Positions 31,341-39,530 of a DNA stretch of 64,000 nt are shown piece after piece (within the stretch, counting starts at the first letter, position 1; every line of letters begins with the position of its first letter). Made by a program: the position numbers and the translations under genes. The notes beneath the pieces are model-generated. The model was not told the DNA's origin, did not search any database, and was given only the letters and a program-made list of their open reading frames with translations. The stretch lies in contig NZ_JBNKHD010000003.1 in NCBI RefSeq assembly GCF_050290165.1, positions 85,752-149,751 of the forward strand. Direction: 5' to 3'. The DNA comes from Tenacibaculum sp. Lineage in GTDB: Bacteria > Bacteroidota > Bacteroidia > Flavobacteriales > Flavobacteriaceae.

Positions 31341-31538
31341 TTAGGAAACAGCTTTAAAATCAAACGTTAAAGGACATCGCTTACAGTTTATCCCTTTCTT
31401 CTGATATTTATTACAACATTTACTTTTTGGTTTGATACAGTTAGAAGTACATACCGAATTGCAAGCTGTTAAATTTTGCGCTTTTTGTATAGGAACCACA
31501 GAGGTAACCTTCTTAGTACTAGTATAAAAAACAATCAT
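31341..31538 (-). CDS. Small Cys-rich protein (7 Cys; CC-x9-C-x2-CP), candidate metal/[2Fe-2S]-binding
   Basis: 65 aa with C26, C30, C34, C41, C42, C52 and C55. It has its own consensus promoter upstream and a terminator downstream. Confidence 0.65.
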   Translation of the reverse strand: MIVFYTSTKKVTSVVPIQKAQNLTACNSVCTSNCIKPKSKCCNKYQKKGINCKRCPLTFDFKAVS

Positions 31539-31555
31539 TCTTCAAAAATTCGATG

Positions 31556-31563
31556 CAAATATA
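31556..31563 (-). promoter_or_regulatory. -7 promoter element (TATATTTG) for the small Cys-rich ORF
   Basis: CAAATATA on + strand, 17 nt upstream of ATG. Confidence 0.65.
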
Positions 31564-31568
31564 AATCT

Positions 31569-31593
31569 TTTATTTAGAATAAATTAAAATAAA
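31569..31593. promoter_or_regulatory. Putative Fur box
   Basis: TTTATTTAGAAT-A-AATTAAAATAAA. The core matches ATTTAGAATTATTCTAAAT (Fur box recalled from Riemerella work) at 15/19 and overlaps the expected -33 region. Confidence 0.55.
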
Positions 31594-31609
31594 AACATAA
31601 TTTTTTCGA

Positions 31610-31640
31610 TTGCGCAGCAAAAAGGATAGCAGTATCTTTG
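31610..31640 (+). promoter_or_regulatory. Promoter (-33 TTG, 20-nt spacer, -7 TATCTTTG) of the leader-TBDT operon
   Basis: TTG at 31610-31612 and TATCTTTG at 31633-31640. Confidence 0.65.
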
Positions 31641-31664
31641 TAATCATAAATAAAACCTCTCTTT

Positions 31665-32033
31665 TTGTTAAAGAAAGTAAGCATATTTTTTCTTGTTGGA
31701 TTGTACATGGTCGCCATGTTACGTCCCATAGCTCCTTTTGTTGAGTATGCAATAAACTATGATTATATATCAAAGGTTTTGTGTATCAATAAAGATAAGC
31801 CGGAGCTTGCCTGTAATGGAAAATGTCAGCTTATGAAAAAACTTGAAAAACAACAAGACGATGATTATAAATCGTTACGAATTTCAATGGAAGAATATCC
31901 AATAGGGTTTGTAACTATTTTAGATATTGAAACTCAAAAGCTTTTTTCATCGATATCGAAAAAGCATTTTAATTATAATAGAAACTATTTCTATTTATCT
32001 AGTGACAAGATATTCCACCCTCCTACAGTTTAA
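31665..32033 (+). CDS. Membrane-anchored Cys-motif leader protein (CINKDKPELACNGKC; C-terminal IFHPP), CruR/CutF(DUF2946)-like candidate uORF
   Basis: N-terminal hydrophobic segment, C40 plus C50xxxC54, and a di-proline motif 2 codons before the stop. It sits directly upstream of a metal TBDT. TTG start. Confidence 0.75.
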   Translation: MLKKVSIFFLVGLYMVAMLRPIAPFVEYAINYDYISKVLCINKDKPELACNGKCQLMKKLEKQQDDDYKSLRISMEEYPIGFVTILDIETQKLFSSISKKHFNYNRNYFYLSSDKIFHPPTV

Positions 32034-32034
32034 A

Positions 32035-32113
32035 TTTTACATACCACTTTTTTTTCAACGCAAACAATTCAAAATTTTTGAATTGATATGTGTTGCTATA
32101 TAATTATGTAAAA
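32035..32113 (+). other. Long intergenic RNA stem-loop between leader ORF and TBDT
   Basis: Outer pairing TTTTACATA(32035-43)/TATGTAAAA(32105-13); middle CAACGC/GTGTTG (32056-61/32090-95); inner CAATTCAAAA/TTTTGAATTG (32065-74/32076-85). Confidence 0.5.
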
Positions 32114-32131
32114 AAAATAAACTCAATTTTA

Positions 32132-34216
32132 ATGAAAAATTTAGGATGGATGCTTTTTAGCATCTTCACTATAAGTGTGTCTGCACAACAAAAAAAAGAC
32201 ACAGTTAAGCAACAAATCATACAGTTAAACGAAGTGATTGTTAATGGAAAAATAAAAACGAATCCTGTTCATGCTACAGTAAAAAATGACTATCAAAAAA
32301 AGGTAATTCAACCTAAAAATGTAGCGGACTTGTTTTCTGAAATCAATGGATTTTCAGTTATAAAAAGGGGAAACTATGCGATGGATCCAACATTTAGAGG
32401 CGCTGCTTACGAACAGCTAAATGTTATGTACGATGGGGGTACTAAAGCAGTGAATGCTTGTCCTAGTAGGATGGATCCAATTACCACCCATATCATACCC
32501 GAAGAAATTTCAAAAATTGAAATTATCAAAGGCCCTTTTACGGTAAGATATGGGGCGACTTTTGGGGGAATTGTAAATATGGTTACCGAAAACCATAGAT
32601 TGTTAGATGACGGATTTCATGGAAAATTTTCATCAGGTTATGAAACGAATGGGAATTCATTTGTAAATATGTTACAGTTACAACATGTTACCAACAAGTT
32701 TGATGTGGTAGGGAACGTTGGATATCGAAATTTTGGAGATTATAAAGATGGAAACAATACAGAAGTTCCTTCTTCATTTACCAGTACCGATTATGGTGTA
32801 AAGTTAGGGTATAATTTAACAGAGAGTCAGCGTTTACAAGCACACTGGCGTCAATCGTTTGGTAGAGACATAAAGCATGCTGCATTACCAATGGATACAG
32901 ATTATGATAACAGCACAATTGTATCGTTAGATTATAAGGCAATAAACATTGGTAACACTTTAAAAACAATTACTACTAAAGGATTTTATAGTTATGTAGA
33001 TCATTTAATGACGAATGAAGACCGCCCCAATTTTAATATGGTATATGCCTTGTCGCCAGTAAAATCTGAAACCACAGGAGGTAAAGTAGAGTTTGAATTA
33101 AATTTACATGATGATTTTAAGTTATTTGTAGGAAGTGATATCAATCATATAAAACGAGAAGGAAATCGTACTCGTACCATTAAAATGATGAATGGTACGA
33201 TGCTACCAATACCAATGGTTAAAGTAGATAAGATTTGGCAAGATGCTTATATAAATGATGTAGGGGTATTTACCGAAGCAAAATTTAATTTAGCTCCTAA
33301 AACCGTTTTAACTACTGGGGCTCGTGTTGATATTGTAAAAGCAAATGCAAAAGATTTAGAAGCTGATTTCGCAGCAATGTATCCAATAGTGAAAACTCAT
33401 GAAACTAATGTAAGTGGTAACATTTCATTAAAGCATGCATTTTCTAAGAAAGCAATTCTTGAAGCTGCTTTTGGTAGAGGAGTTCGAACAGCTAGTATGG
33501 CCGAACGTTATATCAATCATTTTACAATAGGGTCAGATTCTTATGAATATTTGGGGAATCCATTGTTAAAACCAGAGATAAATAATCAGTTTGAATTAGG
33601 CTTAAAAGGAAAAATTGGGTTGAGCAAAAGTTTACAATTACACTATCAAACATCCGTATTTTACTCAATCTTTGAAGATTATATTTCCGCGGTGGTAGAT
33701 CCAACAATTCCAAGAAAGTTTATGCCAACAATGCAACCTCAATATACAAAAGTGTTTACTAATATAGAAAATGCTACCAAAAAAGGGTTTGAAATTGTAG
33801 TAAAGTTAGAATTGTTAAATGATTACTATCTACAGACTGAGACAGCATATGTAAAAACAAAAAATAAAGATTTTAATGAATCACTACCATTAAATCCGCC
33901 TTTTACTTCAAAAATTTCTATAGGGGTAGATAAAGAAAGTTATTGGGCAAAAATGCAGTACAATATTGTATCAAAACAAGAAAATATAGCTCCTTCTTTT
34001 GGAGAAACCGAAACAGCAGGTTATCAAATTCTAGATGTAAAACTAGGAGTAAAACCTATTAAGAGAGTTACTATAGGAGTGGCTTGTTTAAATGTGTTTG
34101 ATAAAACGTACACAAACCACTTAAATTTTGCTTATAAAAACCAATCGGGTTTACCAATGTCAAAAATCAATGAATCTGGAAGGAATTTCACAGCCTTTTT
34201 ACAGTATAAATTTTAA
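32132..34216 (+). CDS. TonB-dependent receptor, OprC/NosA-like copper transporter
   Basis: Plug motif NACPSRMDP (CxxxM), barrel VDHLM (HxM), Met-rich loop KMMNGTMLPIPM and C-terminal Phe. ATG at 32132 is preferred over the ORF-track GTG at 32090. Confidence 0.8.
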   Translation: MKNLGWMLFSIFTISVSAQQKKDTVKQQIIQLNEVIVNGKIKTNPVHATVKNDYQKKVIQPKNVADLFSEINGFSVIKRGNYAMDPTFRGAAYEQLNVMYDGGTKAVNACPSRMDPITTHIIPEEISKIEIIKGPFTVRYGATFGGIVNMVTENHRLLDDGFHGKFSSGYETNGNSFVNMLQLQHVTNKFDVVGNVGYRNFGDYKDGNNTEVPSSFTSTDYGVKLGYNLTESQRLQAHWRQSFGRDIKHAALPMDTDYDNSTIVSLDYKAINIGNTLKTITTKGFYSYVDHLMTNEDRPNFNMVYALSPVKSETTGGKVEFELNLHDDFKLFVGSDINHIKREGNRTRTIKMMNGTMLPIPMVKVDKIWQDAYINDVGVFTEAKFNLAPKTVLTTGARVDIVKANAKDLEADFAAMYPIVKTHETNVSGNISLKHAFSKKAILEAAFGRGVRTASMAERYINHFTIGSDSYEYLGNPLLKPEINNQFELGLKGKIGLSKSLQLHYQTSVFYSIFEDYISAVVDPTIPRKFMPTMQPQYTKVFTNIENATKKGFEIVVKLELLNDYYLQTETAYVKTKNKDFNESLPLNPPFTSKISIGVDKESYWAKMQYNIVSKQENIAPSFGETETAGYQILDVKLGVKPIKRVTIGVACLNVFDKTYTNHLNFAYKNQSGLPMSKINESGRNFTAFLQYKF

Positions 34217-34279
34217 TTTTAATGTAAGGTTGCTTAATTTTGATGACCAATCAGAGAAATTAATCATTAAAATAATAGT

Positions 34280-34822
34280 ATGAAGAAATCAATTTTATCA
34301 GTTATAGTATTTGTTGTAGCACTTGTGTTTTCTAATGAAGTAGCGGCTCAAAAATTTGCAAGTTTAGATAAAAGTCCAATGGATGCCTCAACGTACCCTG
34401 CGATTTATAGAGTTTCTGATAAAAAGGTAAAAGTTATTTATGGACGCCCACAGTTAAAAAAAAGATCATTAGCAAAACTAGCTCCAACTGGAAAAGTATG
34501 GAGAACAGGAGCCAATGAAGCTACTGAAATTACATTCTATAAAGATGTTACTTTTGGAGGAAAAGACGTAAAAGCAGGAACCTATACGTTGTTTACCATT
34601 CCAGGAGAAAAAGAATGGACTGTTATTTTAAATACAGCAGTAAATGTATGGGGTGCCTTTTCTTACAACGAATCGGATGATGTTGTACGTGTAACAGGAA
34701 AAGTTTCCAAAGTAGCAAAACCTATAGAGGTTTTCTCTATTGCTTTTGAAGGAGAAGAGGATATTTTTAATATGTATTTAGGATGGGGTAATGTTGTAGT
34801 TACTGTACCTGTTAAAGGATAA
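34280..34822 (+). CDS. DUF2911 domain periplasmic protein
   Basis: Signal peptide, VIYGRPQLK, KVWRTGANEAT, AGTYTLFTIP and WGAFSY. Confidence 0.85.
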   Translation: MKKSILSVIVFVVALVFSNEVAAQKFASLDKSPMDASTYPAIYRVSDKKVKVIYGRPQLKKRSLAKLAPTGKVWRTGANEATEITFYKDVTFGGKDVKAGTYTLFTIPGEKEWTVILNTAVNVWGAFSYNESDDVVRVTGKVSKVAKPIEVFSIAFEGEEDIFNMYLGWGNVVVTVPVKG

Positions 34823-34844
34823 AAACTTTTATAAATATTTAATG

Positions 34845-34871
34845 AAAGCATAACCAATTTGGTTATGCTTT
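34845..34871. terminator. Bidirectional intrinsic terminator
   Basis: AAAGCATAACCA-ATT-TGGTTATGCTTT. Confidence 0.8.
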
Positions 34872-34888
34872 TTTATTTTAAAGTAATA

Positions 34889-35890
34889 TTATTCTACTAG
34901 TTTGTATTTTAACTCAATACTAGGTTCCATTTGATATGTAAATATTATTGAGCTAAAAAGAAAGGGGTGCTCAATTCCCATTTCTAAAGGTATTGTTAAA
35001 GATGATTCATTTTTTGTTAGCCAAATATCTTCATAAACATGCACTAGGGTGTCAAGTACTAGATAATTGTATTGCTCAATATTTAATGGTTTAATCACTA
35101 CTTCTTTATCAGAAAGTTGACTAGGTACTGAGTTTTTGGCTGTGTTAGAAAGGATAGCTTTTCTAACATCAACAATGGTGTCAATTTCTTTAGATGTATG
35201 TTCAGAGTTAGTAGTTGAATTGGCTGATAGACTCATCTTTACCAGCACATTTTCAGGAATTAAAGTAACTTCTTCTGATAGTTGAGGTAATAAATTGAAT
35301 ACAATGGGAACATAGCATTCTCTGTATAGTAAGGCATCTAATGTTTCACTAAAAAGAATATGATACTTTTCAGCTTCAGGGATTTTGAAAGTAACAGCAT
35401 CAGCAGTATAGTAGTTTGTTATGTAATTGGTAAGCTCCAGTTTTTGAATAAGGTTTTTGGCATACTCTAAAGATTTATCATTAATCTCTAGTAATGAAAA
35501 CTGAACTTCTTCAGGACTAAAAAGAGGCGCAATCAAAGTAACAAATGGAGCATAGGGTCCGCAACCAGCATAAAAAACATGAATAATTTCATTAGGGTGG
35601 CTTTGTAGCTTGTCTTTAATGGCGGTTACTATAGCCTTTAAAAACTTCACAGTTCTTTTATAATCCAGTAAACACTGTGCTGCATGATTCAATCCCAGTG
35701 CTTTTCCTTTTGCTGTTGTTACAGCAGCAAGATGCTCTATATCATTATCAAATCCAGTTAGCTGAGTGAGTTCTTGAAAATAAGAATGTATTTCATTAAT
35801 TAAGCTTTCTACTTCAGTTTGTTGAGTGGTGCTTTCGAGTAGCATTAATACTTTCTCTTTAAGATCTATAGCAGTTGCATTTTTGTTCAT
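34889..35890 (-). CDS. Class I SAM-dependent methyltransferase with PRMT-like motifs
   Basis: CLLDYKRT, motif I YAGCGP, post-I LLEIN, TAD and ILFSETLDALLYRE (E182/E191). Confidence 0.65.
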   Translation of the reverse strand: MNKNATAIDLKEKVLMLLESTTQQTEVESLINEIHSYFQELTQLTGFDNDIEHLAAVTTAKGKALGLNHAAQCLLDYKRTVKFLKAIVTAIKDKLQSHPNEIIHVFYAGCGPYAPFVTLIAPLFSPEEVQFSLLEINDKSLEYAKNLIQKLELTNYITNYYTADAVTFKIPEAEKYHILFSETLDALLYRECYVPIVFNLLPQLSEEVTLIPENVLVKMSLSANSTTNSEHTSKEIDTIVDVRKAILSNTAKNSVPSQLSDKEVVIKPLNIEQYNYLVLDTLVHVYEDIWLTKNESSLTIPLEMGIEHPFLFSSIIFTYQMEPSIELKYKLVE

Positions 35891-36044
35891 AGCTGATTAA
35901 TAGATGGTTTTTAGGTTAGTTTTCGATCTAAAAATAGAATAATCGTAGTTATTAATGAAGTGAAGACTTTCTTATTTTTAAAATTAGGGTGTTCTTGAAC
36001 AGGATAAAAATATATGGATGCTTTCTACTTCCAAACAATAACTG

Positions 36045-36052
36045 TAAATTTG
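36045..36052 (+). promoter_or_regulatory. -7 promoter element (TAAATTTG) for leuS
   Basis: Consensus, 25 nt upstream of ATG. Confidence 0.65.
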
Positions 36053-36077
36053 CGTCCTTTAAAACAAGAAGTTACAA

Positions 36078-38897
36078 ATGCAGTACAATCATCAAGAAAT
36101 AGAACGTAAGTGGCAAGAATTTTGGGCAAATAACCAAACATTTAAAGCCAGTAACAATTCTGATAAACCAAAATATTATGTGTTAGATATGTTTCCTTAT
36201 CCTTCAGGAGCTGGATTGCACGTTGGGCATCCATTAGGATATATCGCATCTGATATTTATGCACGTTACAAGCGTCATAAAGGGTTTAATGTATTGCATC
36301 CACAAGGATATGATTCTTTTGGATTACCTGCTGAACAATATGCGATTCAAACAGGACAGCATCCAGCAATTACGACCGAAACAAATATCAAAACATACCG
36401 TGGTCAGTTAGACAAAATCGGATTTTCATTTGATTGGTCTCGCGAAGTACGTACTTCAAATCCTGAGTACTACAAATGGACACAGTGGATTTTTATCCAA
36501 TTGTTCAACTCTTGGTATAATAAAGATACTGATAAAGCAGAAGATATTGCAACCTTAGTAGCTACCTTTGAAGCAGAAGGAAACGCGAATGTGAATGCGG
36601 TTTCTGATGAAGATGTACAGCAATTTTCTGCGGAAGAGTGGAAGAACTTCTCAGCAACAAAACAACTAGAAATATTATTACAATACCGTTTAACCTTTTT
36701 ATCGGATACCGAAGTAAACTGGTGTCCAGCTTTAGGAACGGTATTAGCAAACGATGAAATTGTAAACGGAGTTTCAGAACGTGGAGGACATCCAGTAATT
36801 CGTAAAAAAATGACCCAGTGGTCTATGCGAATTTCTGCCTACGCACAACGTTTATTAGACGGTTTAGAAACTATCGATTGGCCTCAACCGTTAAAAGATA
36901 GCCAAACCAACTGGATTGGTCGTTCACAAGGGGCGATGGTTTCTTTTGATGTGGATGGACACGATGCTAAAATAGATGTGTTTACTACACGTCCTGATAC
37001 TATTTTCGGAGTGTCTTTTATGACCTTAGCTCCAGAACACGATTTAGTGGCACAAATTACTACTGCTGAACAAAAAGAGGCAGTTGAAGCTTATATAGAT
37101 GCGACGTCAAAACGTTCTGAACGTGATCGTATGGCAGATGTAAAAACTATTTCAGGAGTGTTTACTGGTGCCTATGCATTACATCCATTTACAGGAAAAC
37201 AAGTACCCATTTGGATTGGTGATTATGTATTAGCAAGTTACGGTACAGGGGCTGTTATGGCGGTACCATGTGGTGACCAACGTGATTACGATTTTGCAAA
37301 ACACTTCGGATTAGAGATTCCAAACATTTTTGCAGATGTTGATATTTCTGAAAAAGCAAATGATGCTAAAGAAGGAATCAAATTAGCGAATTCTGATTTC
37401 TTAGATGGTTTAAACTATAACAAAGGAATGAAAACCGTGATTTACGAACTAGAAAAACGCGGTTTTGGTTACGGAAAAATAAACTATCGTTTACGCGATG
37501 CAGTATTCAGTCGTCAACGCTACTGGGGAGAACCATTCCCGGTATACTACAAAGACGAAATGCCGCAAATGATTGATGCAAAGCATTTACCAATTGTATT
37601 ACCTGAAGTTGAAAAATACTTACCTACTGAAGACGGAAAACCACCATTAGGAAACGCTGAGGTTTGGGCATGGGACACAACAACAAATACTGTTGTTGAA
37701 AATACTAAGATTGACAACGAAACTGTTTTCCCACTAGAGTTAAATTCAATGCCAGGGTGGGCAGGAAGTTCTTGGTACTTTAACCGCTATATGGATTCGA
37801 ATAACGAAGGAGAATTTGTAAGTAAGGAAGCGGTTGACTATTGGAAAGAAGTAGATTTATATATCGGAGGTTCTGAACATGCAACAGGACATTTATTATA
37901 TGAACGTTTTTGGCAAAAATTCTTATTTGATAGAGGTTTCTTACCTGTTGATGAATTTGCTAAAAAACTCATCAACCAAGGAATGATTTTAGGAACTTCT
38001 GCTTTTGTATATAGAGTTGAAGGAACAAATACGTTTGTTTCTAAAGGATTGATTGGAGATAAAATAGTGCAACCTATTCATGCTGATGTTTCGTTAGTAA
38101 ATTCTTCTGATGAATTAGATATTGAAGGATTCAAAAATCATCCGTTAAATATTGATTTTAAAGATGCAGAATTCATTTTAGAGGATGGTAAATACATTGT
38201 AGGTCGAGAAGTTGAAAAAATGTCGAAGTCGAAGTACAACGTAGTAAACCCAGATTTGATTTGTGAAGAGTATGGAGCCGATAGTTTACGTTTATTCGAA
38301 ATGTTCTTAGGTCCGTTAGAGCAAACCAAGCCTTGGAAAACTTCAGGGATTTCAGGAGTATATTCTTTCCTAAAGAAATTATGGAAATTATTTGCTGATG
38401 AAAATGGTATCAATGTTTCAGACACAGCACCAACTAAAGAGGAATTAAAAACCTTACATAAAACGATTAAGAAAGTAGAAGAAGATATTGAGAACTTCTC
38501 GTTCAACACGTCAGTTTCTACTTTTATGATTGCGGTGAATGAGTTATCGGCCTTAAAATGTAACAAACGTAGTATTTTAGAACCATTGTTAGTATTGATT
38601 TCTCCGTATGCTCCTCATATTGCAGAAGAATTATGGAGTCAGTTAGGACATGCCGAATCTATTTCAACTGTAGCTTTCCCAAAATTTGAAGAAAAGCATT
38701 TGGTTGAAAGTTCTAAGAACTATCCAGTTTCTTTCAATGGTAAAATGCGATTTACGTTAGAGTTACCGTTAGATATGAGCAAAGATGAAATTGAAAAAAC
38801 GGTAATGGCACACGAAAAAACACAACAACAATTACAAGGAAGAAAACCGAAAAAAGTGATTGTTGTTCCAGGTAAAATTATTAACATTGTCGGCTAA
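36078..38897 (+). CDS. leuS: Leucine--tRNA ligase
   Basis: MFPYPSGAGLHVGH, editing domain and KMSKS. Confidence 0.97.
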   Translation: MQYNHQEIERKWQEFWANNQTFKASNNSDKPKYYVLDMFPYPSGAGLHVGHPLGYIASDIYARYKRHKGFNVLHPQGYDSFGLPAEQYAIQTGQHPAITTETNIKTYRGQLDKIGFSFDWSREVRTSNPEYYKWTQWIFIQLFNSWYNKDTDKAEDIATLVATFEAEGNANVNAVSDEDVQQFSAEEWKNFSATKQLEILLQYRLTFLSDTEVNWCPALGTVLANDEIVNGVSERGGHPVIRKKMTQWSMRISAYAQRLLDGLETIDWPQPLKDSQTNWIGRSQGAMVSFDVDGHDAKIDVFTTRPDTIFGVSFMTLAPEHDLVAQITTAEQKEAVEAYIDATSKRSERDRMADVKTISGVFTGAYALHPFTGKQVPIWIGDYVLASYGTGAVMAVPCGDQRDYDFAKHFGLEIPNIFADVDISEKANDAKEGIKLANSDFLDGLNYNKGMKTVIYELEKRGFGYGKINYRLRDAVFSRQRYWGEPFPVYYKDEMPQMIDAKHLPIVLPEVEKYLPTEDGKPPLGNAEVWAWDTTTNTVVENTKIDNETVFPLELNSMPGWAGSSWYFNRYMDSNNEGEFVSKEAVDYWKEVDLYIGGSEHATGHLLYERFWQKFLFDRGFLPVDEFAKKLINQGMILGTSAFVYRVEGTNTFVSKGLIGDKIVQPIHADVSLVNSSDELDIEGFKNHPLNIDFKDAEFILEDGKYIVGREVEKMSKSKYNVVNPDLICEEYGADSLRLFEMFLGPLEQTKPWKTSGISGVYSFLKKLWKLFADENGINVSDTAPTKEELKTLHKTIKKVEEDIENFSFNTSVSTFMIAVNELSALKCNKRSILEPLLVLISPYAPHIAEELWSQLGHAESISTVAFPKFEEKHLVESSKNYPVSFNGKMRFTLELPLDMSKDEIEKTVMAHEKTQQQLQGRKPKKVIVVPGKIINIVG

Positions 38898-38923
38898 TAA
38901 TAACAATTTAAATATTTAATTAA

Positions 38924-39376
38924 ATGAAAAAGATTTTTAAAATTAGCTATGCAGTTTTAGTATGTTTAACATTAGTAATGAGCAGTTGCTCTGACAGTGA
39001 TAATGATCCGTCAGGAATAGCTGAAACTAACTTGTCAGGGAAAGTATACGGAGTAAGTTTCAGTGCAAAAGGAGGAAAAGCGTTTACATCTGGTGATAAA
39101 ATTTCAGTAAACATTACCAATATTGAAGCTGATTGTACTTCTTCAATATTTGATTATGAAATTGCTATCTCTACATACATACCTGCGGAGGTTGGAGTTT
39201 ACAATGATGTAAATGTAGTATTTGAAAAAGAAGGAGAAACACCTTTAAATTTTTTAGGTGCTAACGTTGAAGTTTTAAGTATTGCAAATGATGAGATTAC
39301 TTTAAAGGTAAAAGCAAATTCAAGTGCTGATAATACTGTAGAAGGACTTTTTAAAGTTGCTTATTGCCAAGAATAA
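38924..39376 (+). CDS. Hypothetical lipoprotein (likely surface-exposed)
   Basis: Lipobox VMSSC followed by acidic SDSDND; second and third Cys (ADC, AYC). Confidence 0.75.
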   Translation: MKKIFKISYAVLVCLTLVMSSCSDSDNDPSGIAETNLSGKVYGVSFSAKGGKAFTSGDKISVNITNIEADCTSSIFDYEIAISTYIPAEVGVYNDVNVVFEKEGETPLNFLGANVEVLSIANDEITLKVKANSSADNTVEGLFKVAYCQE

Positions 39377-39399
39377 TTTAATAAGGCATAAAAAAATAT

Positions 39400-39431
39400 A
39401 AAAAGCTATTGTTATATAACAATAGCTTTTT
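39400..39431 (+). terminator. Intrinsic terminator (perfect 32-bp palindrome)
   Basis: AAAAAGCTATTGTTA-TA-TAACAATAGCTTTTT. Confidence 0.85.
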
Positions 39432-39530
39432 TTTAATGATTAACTTAGTATATAAGCAATATTAGATATATAATTTTATAGTACGATCCAAAAACTTTTC
39501 TCAAATTTGCTTTCCAAAAAAAAAATAAAT

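Noticed and set aside
35932-35950. Possible third Fur box upstream of the PRMT-like gene
   Set aside because: Only about 12 of 18 informative positions match, which is unremarkable in AT-rich DNA.
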